The position numbers were made by a program, and so were the translations under genes. A DNA stretch of 63,501 bases, filler included, from Cercozoa sp. M6MM (taxonomy: Eukaryota > Protista > Endomyxa: Ascetosporea): the NCBI GenBank assembly GCA_040357565.1. It is 10 parts of 10 records of this genome, joined end to end, with 100 filler letters (N's around TTAATTAATTAA, not from the genome) between each part and the next. Parts side by side here need not be neighbours in the genome. Positions count along the whole stretch, not along the records: positions 46,490 to 52,450 come from JBDODJ010000820.1; positions 52,551 to 54,419 come from JBDODJ010001900.1; positions 54,520 to 57,562 come from JBDODJ010001635.1; positions 57,663 to 63,501 come from JBDODJ010000837.1; 6 more parts are not named here. One strand, 5' to 3'. Under the pieces are notes generated by a model that was not told the origin of the DNA, searched no databases, and worked only from the letters and a program-made list of their open reading frames with translations. Below, piece after piece: positions 51,304-63,501 of the stretch (positions are counted from its first letter, which is position 1; each line of letters opens with the position of its first letter).

Positions 51304-52402
51304 CGGCAGCAATAATGACGTCCTGTAGTCTCACTCGTTGGCACACAGCGAGCTTTCTTAGACAAACACAGTCGAGTCGGTTTTAGAGGGTTTCAGTCTC
51401 GTCGCATTCGGTTTACGGTTTCCGCATGCTCGCACCTCACGCAGGCACGCGGCGTTAAATTCGAGCATCGATGTATGACTCTACATGTTTTACGATAGTA
51501 CAGGTTGACTGTCGTGAATGTCTCACTCACCACTATCGATAGCAGTGCTGTATACGAATTACAGTGGTGGATATACAGCACCTGTGTGCAGGCATATTCG
51601 TGCGTGAATCAGTGTTTTAAATTGACATACGCACATGCCGAATTTTACACGTGCCATGGTGGTCACTGACCGAGGGGGACAACGCGCTTCGGAGAAAGAG
51701 TGGTGGCGTGCACACGGACTCGTGTGGTTTCGAACGCGTTCTTGATTTGTGGTTTCGTAGGGTTGTCGGTCTGTGGTTTGCCATTGTCAGCATGATTCGA
51801 CAGCAGATTTGGCAGCACGGCGTACTTCATGCCACAGTGAACGCTGCAGGCAGTTTCCAAACAATTCCACTTAAAAAATTTACCTTAGAAGAAGTAAAGA
51901 GTACCACAAGACGCGTGGCAGCGTGTACTGCAGGGGTAGGACACAAAGTAACGTAGGCTTTTCTTAATGTAGGGTTTGCATACCAATGATAAGACGAAGG
52001 AAATGAGAAGAAAGATGCTTCTGCAGATAAACAAACCTCAGGTGTAAAAACTAAAGCAGTCGATGCGATAGTTTGAGAAACTACATTGCGTCGACACGCG
52101 CGACCACATTGATTTCGCCTTTGTAGATTCCTTTCACGATTTCTGCGCGCATTGTGTCGAAGTTTTTTGTTTTAATTGTATTGTGAGTCCAATATTGATG
52201 GTTCACCAGTGACAACGACGCTAACGAGCGACAACATCACGATAACTTCGATCTGCCAGTGTCCCAGTTCTTACAGTGTTCCGCTTCGAGTATAAATCTG
52301 CGTACGTAAGCAGCTTCTCGAAACTCTGGTGGTGTCTTTCGCAGGGTCACCGACAATTTGATGATCCAGAGTACCTGTCGTCGCACAGGTTTGTTTATTC
52401 GT

Positions 52403-52450
<48 letters not shown>

Positions 52451-52580
52451 NNNNNNNNNNNNNNNNNNNNNNNNNNNNNNNNNNNNNNNNNNNNTTAATT
52501 AATTAANNNNNNNNNNNNNNNNNNNNNNNNNNNNNNNNNNNNNNNNNNNNCGCACACACACTTTACCCCCCACCCCCCAG

Positions 52581-54366
52581 GCCAAGCCGACGCCGGTAGT
52601 GGCAGCGGTACCACAGGCGTTGCCGCCGACGAAAGCGACGCCGGCGCAGCTGCCCGTGGTGACCACACGCGCCGGCAAGGAGCTCCGCGAGGAACTGGCC
52701 GCCGGTGGCACTGCACCTAGGTAGGACCACGTGTCACGTGTCCACTCAATGCGTTCATTCACTCTGTGTGGTGCGAATTGATCCCCACCTGACTGGGCAC
52801 ACGTGTCTGTTGCTACAGTGGCAGTAGCGACAATGAGGAGTACATTCTCGCTGTCGACTTTGTCGCCTCAGTGCGGTACCTCTTGCATCCCTCAGCCCGA
52901 CCCCTTGAACTTTACCCCCCCCCCCCAGGGAACGCTTCCAGGACCAGCCGGAAGTGTACGAGCAGTTCTTGGAAGTGCTCATGGTATTCCTCCTATCCCC
53001 TACCCCTACCCTACCCCTTACCTCCCCTATGTTGCAGGCATTCTCAGAGAATGAAGAAAGCACCGTCACTGTACTTTAACTCCGCCCTGCCCTTACCCCT
53101 TTACCCCCCTCCCCCAACAGGTCGTGGCCGAGAAGATTCAGGAGTTGTTCGGTGGCTACCCGGATATGGTACAAATGGACGACCTCTGTGCAGTAAAACG
53201 CATCCTTAACTTATGCGCAGGTCGAAGGTTTTCGGTACTTTTTGCCGCCGGAAGTTCGCGCTGACTTCGGCGCCGCCATCTCCGCCGCTGCCGACAAGAG
53301 CGAGGTTTTACCCCCCTCCCCTTACCTCCCTACCCCCTTACCCCTTACCTCCCTACCCCCTTACCCCTTACCTCCCTACCCCTTACTCCTTCCCTCCCCC
53401 TGAAGAAACGCAAGAAGAAGAAGCGCGGCAAGCAGCTCAGCGAGCAGGCGGAGGAAAGTTCGCGTCGTGCTCGCACCGCCGCTCGGCGTCGCACCACGTC
53501 TGACAAGAGGTAGTACCCCCCTTTAACCCCCTGTCCTTCTTTATCCTATCCCCTTTAACCCCCTGTCCTTCTTTATCCCTGCCCCGCCCCCTTTACTCTT
53601 TACCCCTTCCAGACGGATCCGGCGGGTGGTGCGTTCGCAGTCGCCGGCGCGCGACACGCGCTGGAACGAGCGACAGGTGCTCTTTGTTAAGGGGGTGTTG
53701 ATTAAGGACACCTGTATTGGTTAAGTGGGTGATGTATACTGTTTAAGGGAGTGATACACACACTGGTTAAATGGGTGTATTAGGTGCTCAAGGTGCTGCC
53801 GTCGGGTGAGCGTATCGACGTGATGAAGTGCACACAGGTTTCTTACCTCCATCCCCCCCCCCCCGGTGGGCCCCCCCCCCCCCCTAGGTTACGCCTGGCT
53901 ACCGCTTGCTGCCGGTGCACGTGCTGCCGCCTCGGTGGGCTTTACCCCCCTACTTACCCCCTACCCCCTTTACCCTCCCCCACTGTGCTTAGATCATCGC
54001 GTAGTGAGATGGAGGCGCGTACACGCGGCACACTAAACGAAACCGTAGTCCTGTCCATCTGTGTGTGTGCGTGTGTGTGTCCTGGGCGACGGAGGTTTGT
54101 ACCGTTCATGTGTACTGGTTGTGTACTGGGTGGCTACAGGTGATCTCGGTGGCCTCTGGGTCGGAGGACTCCTTCAAGAGCAAGACGATGAACGAGCACG
54201 AGCGCCGTCTTCACGAACTCGACGACGACCGCTTCGAGCTCGACATGATCATCGGTAGTTTACCCCCCCCCCCCTCCCACCCCTTTAACCCTAACCCTAC
54301 CCCCCATCCCACCCTTTAACTCCCCTCCCGACAGACCAAAACGCAGCAGCGATGCGAGCCTTACAG
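52581..54366 (+). CDS. SIN3: Sin3 corepressor, internal fragment (PAH and HDAC-interaction domains)
   Basis: PAH: ERFQDQPEVYEQFLEVL..IQELFGGYPDMVEGFRYFLP. HID: TPGYRLLP..LNET.ISVASGSEDSFK..NEHERRLHELDDDRFELDMII. Confidence 0.9.
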
Positions 54367-54372
54367 GTAGTG

Positions 54373-54419
<47 letters not shown>

Positions 54420-54553
54420 NNNNNNNNNNNNNNNNNNNNNNNNNNNNNNNNNNNNNNNNNNNNTTAATTAATTAANNNNNNNNNNNNNNNNNNNNNNNNN
54501 NNNNNNNNNNNNNNNNNNNCCCCATTATCCCGATACCCCTGTGTATGTGTGCA

Positions 54554-57547
<2,994 letters not shown>

Positions 57548-57771
57548 GTATTTAGCACACACNNNNNNNNNNNNNNNNNNNNNNNNNNNNNNNNNNNNNN
57601 NNNNNNTTAATTAATTAANNNNNNNNNNNNNNNNNNNNNNNNNNNNNNNNNNNNNNNNNNNNCCCCCCCCCCCCCTCTTTACCCCATCTTTACTTCCTCT
57701 CTACCCCTATTTACCCCGCTTTACCCCCTCTTTACCCTCTCTATACCTCCCGCTTTACCCCCCTGTGGCAG

Positions 57772-59350
57772 GGCGAGCCGGTCGTGCTGTGCGACACTCC
57801 GGAGATGCGAAAACTCGTATTATTCTCTCTTGTGCTGCAGCGGGAAAATACGAAAGAATGGAAAAAACAACAACAAAAGAAAAAACAACAACTGAAATGT
57901 GGGCAGGTCGAGTCGGTTGAGTTGCACACGTGCGAGCACTTTGTGGGACAGGCGGCGCTGTACGACGTCGAGGAGGTGCTGCACGCCGAGGACCGACGGT
58001 AGAGTTAACCTTCCCCCTTGCACCCTCCCGTTTGACCCCCTTTTTACCCCCCCCCTTTTTATCCCCCTCTTTTTACCCACACTTTTCCCTGTTTACCTGT
58101 TTTAACTCCCCTTTTGACCCATTGTTTACCCTTGTTTAATCCTTTTACTCGTACCTCTTTTTACTCCTTAAACCCTCCTTTTTACCCCGTTATACCCCTT
58201 TTCACCCCCCGACCCTCCATTTGGCAGGCACAACATGCGTGTGTCGGAGCGGCAGCGGCAGGCCGTGTTCGATGCGCTGGTGTCGGCCTGTACGGGCGTG
58301 CCTGTCGGACACCGACGCATGTTGTCGCTGCCTCTGTCGCCAGCGCCTGGTGGGTCTGTATTTATACCCTCCTTACCCTTCTCTTTACCCCCCTCCCAGA
58401 GTACATTATCGCGGCAGTCGCGAGTGTCGTTGTTGCCACTGGTAGTGATTTCTTACCCCCTACCCATACCCCTTTACCCCCCCCCCCCCGCAGCCGACGT
58501 CGAGACGATGGAGAAGCTGATGGAGTATGCCAAAACGGAGGGCAGCGAAACCTCGATGCCGGACGCTGCTGCCATGCAGGCTGGTTCTTCCCTCTGTTTA
58601 ACCCCGTTTACCCCCTCTTTGCCCCCTATTTACCCCCCATTTTATCCTTCTGTATACCTCCACTTACCCCTTACCCCCTTCCTTGCATAGCACGACACGC
58701 CAACTCATTGTTGGAACAGGTGCGCATGCAGCAGATGCCTGAAGTGTACCCCTCCCCATGCCTCCATACATGCCTCCATACTTATACCCTTCTATACCCC
58801 ATACATCTACTATACTCCCTACTTTAATGTCCTACTTATACCCCTACATACCCTTCCCCCTATGTGGGTGTGTCTGTAGGATGGAGCAGCAGGAACAGTT
58901 GCTGCAGTTGGCGGCGCCTCTCTTCTCGGACGTAGCTTTGTCTATTTACCCTCTGCCCCTTTACCTCTTACCCTCCCCCCAGGCATGTAAGCTGCTGTCG
59001 GAGCGACTGCAGACGGTGTCGCAGCACCTCGATGCTCTCACTGGCGAAAGCGACGATGAGAACCTGTGCACATCGGTCGAACTGCAGGTAGCTCCTTTAC
59101 CCCTTGTCCCACTTCACCTCCCCTCTTATCCCTTTCACCCCCTTCCCCCCCCCCCCCGTAACAGGTGGCCGCGGAGACGCGTTTGTTGTGCGAGACTCGA
59201 GCGCGCACGTTGCGGCAGTGGCGTCTGCGTCTGTGTTTTTCCCCCCCCCCCCCCCCCCTGTTAACGACCTACTTCTTACCTCCCTTGTGCAGGCTCGCTC
59301 TGTCTGACGTCGACTTCCGTGTGCTGGGTCTCATGACGCCGCCTCTGTGA
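57772..59350 (+). CDS. 3' part of a hypothetical helical protein
   Basis: About 9 GC-rich exons separated by TTTACCCC introns, ending GLMTPPL*. No family recognised. Confidence 0.6.
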
Positions 59351-59368
59351 GTGATTAAATTTAAATTC

Positions 59369-59503
59369 GGTGTCTTGGGGAACGTCATAAGGGGGGCTGT
59401 ATGGTCCTACCCTAAGGGCGGTAGACACGGCCATGCTCTTGTGACCCACCCCAGACTGGTGCAGGGGAACTACATAGTTGGTTTTCGAGAAGACTCAACT
59501 AAC
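59369..59503 (+). mobile_element. Longest retroposon copy (copy 3)
   Basis: Shares its 3' 66 nt with copy 1. Flanked by TGATTAAATTTAAATTC (59352) and TGATTAATTTAGACTC (59504). Confidence 0.75.
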
Positions 59504-59583
59504 TGATTAATTTAGACTCTGACGATCTCCTTTCGACCAAACTTAGAACAGAATGTCTAGTAGAGGGAAAGCACCCATAGAGC

Positions 59584-61092
59584 TTACTCGTCGTCTTGCA
59601 TGGCAGCGTCGGCCTAGTTAAGCAGTCAATCTCACTTTAGTATACACACAGACAAGAAAGCCACACAGGCAAGAAAAGCTGTACAGCAGCGGCCTTGGCA
59701 GCCTCGGCTTCGCGCACAGCCTGGTCGTACACCTCTTGCGGCACCTGTACTCTCGGGGTAGGGGTAAGGGGTTAAAAGACGTGGGAGGGAAACTACCTGC
59801 ACGTGCAGCTTGTTGGACGCATCACAGACCCAAGACAACTCGAGTTCGAACTTGCGGTCCTGCCGAGTGAGAGGTATAGAGGTAGGAAGGGGTAAGTGAG
59901 TCCAGTACCTTGACATCATCGTGGTTTTTGTAAATAATGGCAGCCACCAACTTGACTGCCTCGGCGCACGTGATCTGGGGGGGGGGGGGGGGAAGAGGGT
60001 GGTGGGGCCGAGCGGGGGGGGGGGGGGTAAACACGCAGTGAACTGACATACGGTGGAGAAATCGATCTTCTCGAGCTGCGTTTTTGCGGCCTGCTTGTGC
60101 TTACCGACAGCCGTGGCGAAATACCGCTGCACACATTTTGATCCTAGCCCTCCCCTTTCGCCCTGAGAAACAACAATACCAGCGACTGTGCGTTCGGTTC
60201 GACCAGGTGCAGTTCCGGTCCTGCGGGGGGAGAGGGGTAAAGAGTTGAACAGAGGGATGGGGAGGGTAAGTTACCATGCACACTGTCGTAGGAGGCGAAG
60301 AGTGCGGCGCAGCCAAAGGTTCGGTTCCACACGTAGCGCGTGTGCTCGTGCACCTTGAGTTGTACCCGCTTGGCCAGCACACGGCCCGTCACACTCTCGC
60401 CCGTGTCGTTGCGGTAGTCGGTGGCCTCCTGCAAAAAGCCGAGGATGAAGGGTCGAACACAAGCAACATATATAAAAGCAAGTATATCCATTATATACAT
60501 AATACATATATATATATATATATGCTAGAGATAAGCAAAGACACCTTTCGAGCGTGCTGGGCCAGTGCACGCGCGTCGGCTGGGATGCCAGCGAAGGCTG
60601 CGCCGACGTGTCGATCGATCGTGTGCACCAGTCGGTTGCCTGGAAGAAGAATTAAATAATGCAATATGCTTTAACAACAGTTTTAACAATATTGTTGTTA
60701 GCTTGTTTCAAGTAAGTGCACGACGTACCAGCACTGCCCTTGATAAGCATGTCACTGTGCAGCAGCTTCTCCACGCCTGCTCAAGATCAAACATACACAA
60801 GATTCGTTGCCCCCCCCTCCGACACAACAGAATCTACCGAGAACGACGCCATCGACGCAACGCACGCCAATCACAGAACCTACATGATCAGACGTCCGCA
60901 CAGATTTCAGAGACCTCAGAGAAACTCCAGAGAAAGGTACCCTTGCTGTCCACGGCCTTCTGGGCGTACTCCACCTGGAACACGCGACCTGCAAATCGCA
61001 GCTTTGTTTTGTTGACCGAAAAAAGCATCACAACCAACGGTACCATCGGTGGCGTAGGTGGAGCACTCGTAGTCGTAGCCAGCGCCGCTCAT
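59584..61092 (-). CDS. PSMA3: 20S proteasome subunit alpha type-3 (alpha7)
   Basis: [77 protein letters not shown]. Confidence 0.95.
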
Positions 61093-61530
61093 TTCTGTCA
61101 CCACAACAACCAAGACAACTGAGAAACGAAAAATCCTGCAAAAAAAAGGTGCAAAATAGCATACTGCTTTAGTTGCAAACAGAGACAACTCAGTGAAACC
61201 CACAGTCACAAAGCACTGCGGTGGATCGTTTGAGCACCTGCCAGGACCGCCCTGAGACCTGGGGCACTTTCGAGCAATTTGCTTTTGCTACCTCGTGTAT
61301 CTGTGCGCTCAACAGACGTGTATCACTATTCAAGATGTGATTAAGTGCGTCTTTACGGGCAATCGGTACAGCTTTCGGCCAGCGAACGCATTCTCGAATC
61401 AGTGGTACTGCTGGCGTCCGTTTTGCCGCAGATTAGGCTCGATCAGGCAAACAGAATCTTGCTTCATTAGATACAGCAGAGTGCTAGACAACGTAGTGTG
61501 TATTGGGCTTCCACGTTCGTGGCGTCTCGA

Positions 61531-63308
61531 CATGGTTCGTGTGATTTCTTTGATCAGACAAATACGAGAAAAAGCACGATGATCGATGAGCAGAATGTCG
61601 AAACGCTGTCACGGGGAGAGTCGTGCGACATTGACTTTGTGCCTTGAGCTGTTTGTGGCGCCGTTTAAGTTGTTTTTAAAGGGACTGAGTTTTTTGTTGT
61701 CTTGTGCAGTCTTGGGACGCCGAGACGGTGTGTCAGTACCTGCGCGCGACACCGTCGTGCAACGGTTTCGGCGTCATAAACTATGCACAGGTACAAATGG
61801 ACTATTCAGTTGGACCTACTGTGTTGTGTAAGTGTGTCTATTTGTACGCGTTTGGGACAGTTTCATTTCTGCACACTGAACGGCAATCCGTGGATCGCGC
61901 TTCCTCTGGCCGTGCTTGCGCTGTTTCTGGTAGGAGTTATACCCCCCTCTTTGCCCCCCTTACCCTTACCCCCTGGCAGTTGCTGGCGCTGTTGGCCAGC
62001 ACGGCGAGTCAGTTTTTGGTGCCGCCACTGACGCAGTTCGCCAAGCGACTCGGACTGTCACCGGCCGTCGCGGGCGTCACCTTGCTGGCCGGTGCGTTTA
62101 TACCCCCCTGTTTACCCCCCCTCCCGTTTACTCCCCTGTTCCCCCTTCTGTTTACCCCCCAGTTTACCCTCAGTTTACCCCCAGTTTACACCCAGTTTAC
62201 CCTCCTGTTTATCCCCCTGTTTCTTCCTGCCGTAGTGAGTAACTCGGCGCCAGAGTTCGCAACATTGGTGAGAGTCGATTTCGATTGATGTCAGTGTCCA
62301 TTTGGACTTAATTAAGGCTGCGTTTCTGGACAGATGGCGGCCTCGCAGGCAGACGAAATCGGACTCATGCAGAATGTACCACGCACACAGGGGGGGTAAA
62401 CCGGGGGGGGGNNNNNNNNNNNNNNNNNNNNNNNNNNNNNNNNNNNNNNNNNNNNNNNNNNNNNNNNNNNNNNNNNNNNNNNNNNNNNNNNNNNNNNNNN
62501 NNNNNNNNNNNTTGGGACTCGTTTTTAGCGCCGTCACTCTGGGCGCCACGTCGCAGGTTTCCCCCCCCCCCCCTACCCCCTACCTCCCTACCCCTTACCC
62601 CTTACCCCCTACCCCCCAGGTGACGCTGGTACCGCGTCTGTTCTACCGCGACCTGTGTGTCGTGGCGATCGGCGTGGTCGGACTGGTGGCGTTGGCGCTG
62701 GTCGGCTCCATCCGGTGGTGGCAGCCCTTGCTGCTCGTGCTGCTGTGGGTGCTCTACGTGGTGTCGGTATCACCTCCCCCTTTCTCTCTTGTTTAGTTTA
62801 CCCCCTTATCTACCTCTCTATTTACCTCGCTATTTACTTCTCTATTTACCCCCTATTTACCTCTCTATTTACCTCCCTATTTACCCTCTATTTACCTCTC
62901 TATTTACCTCTCTATTTACCTCCCTTTACCCCCCATACCCCTATTACCCCCCTATTTACCCCCCTATATACTTCTTATATACTCCCCATTTACCCCTCCC
63001 CCTACCCCTATTTACCCCTCTGTTTACTCCTCTGTTTACATCCCCCTATCCCCCCCCCCCCNNNNNNNNNNNNNNNNNNNNNNNNNNNNNNNNNNNNNNN
63101 NNNNNNNNNNNNNNNNNNNNNNNNNNNNNNNNNNNNNNNNNNNNNNNNNNNNNNNNNNNNNCCCCCCCCCCAGGTGGTGCTGACGGGTCGGCGCGAGCAG
63201 CCGTGGCAGCAGATGAACGAGTCGCACTGGTTCCGGCACGACCGCTTCCTGTCGCTGGAGGACGACGGCGCCGCCGCTGTCAATGGCGGCGTGTCCGAGG
63301 ACTGGGAG
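61531..63308 (+). CDS. Cation/Ca2+ exchanger, CCX/NCLX (SLC8B1-like), 3'-truncated; start approximate
   Basis: GVINYAQFHFC, LASTASQFLVPPL..LGLSPAVAGVTLLAVSNSAPEF (alpha-1 repeat), FYRDL and multiple TM segments. Confidence 0.85.
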
Positions 63309-63501
63309 GGTGTGTTTACCCCCCTGTTTACCCCCTGTTTACTTATCGCCCTATTTACCCCCCTATTTACCCCCGTATTTTACCCCCCTATTTACCCTCC
63401 TATTTATCCTCCTATTTACTCCCTGTTTACCCCCCTATTTATCTCCCTGTTTACTACCCCCTATATACTCCCTAGTTACCTCCCTGTTTACCCCCTATAT
63501 A

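Noticed and set aside
50496-51365. Catalytically dead pseudo-USP (ORF track reads GINGIQTSWLL)
   Set aside because: That text is intron read-through. Removing the GT-AG intron at 50887-50950 restores GLENEENSCW.
62795-63501. TTTACCCC tracts as canonical telomeres
   Set aside because: The G-strand reads TAAAGGGG rather than TTAGGG or TTTAGGG, the units are degenerate, and they sit between exons.

Overview
Gene-dense, intron-rich nuclear DNA from a microbial eukaryote (probably a SAR-type protist; this is inference). The window is not one locus. It is about 10 contigs joined by artificial N44-TTAATTAATTAA-N44 linkers, so gene adjacency means something only within a contig. Genes I reconstructed by hand-splicing GT-AG introns: SF3B1, a membrane-anchored ADAM/reprolysin-like metalloprotease, a secreted tyrosinase with an N-terminal LNR-like module, an RRM protein, an AGFG-type ArfGAP, a Sec14/CRAL-TRIO protein, Cnx1/gephyrin in MoeA-MogA order, USP48-like, PPOX (3' end), Fe-SOD, an extended NDUFS5-like protein, a NEK-like kinase, CK1, a signal-peptide-bearing USP, Sin3, Vac14, proteasome alpha7 and a CCX/NCLX exchanger, plus several hypothetical genes. 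Most notable observations: (1) an unusual splicing landscape, with GTAC-dominated donors lacking +4A, sense-oriented (TTTACCCC)n intron tracts, and an SF3B1 altered at branch-adenosine pocket and cancer-hotspot positions; (2) a putatively secreted deubiquitinase with an intact catalytic triad; (3) a head-to-head tyrosinase/ADAM pair; (4) a 3-copy non-LTR retroposon family with an (AACT)n tail, 3' hairpin and TSDs; (5) two adjacent MITE-like elements. Gene ends and exon boundaries are manual estimates and no database searches were run.
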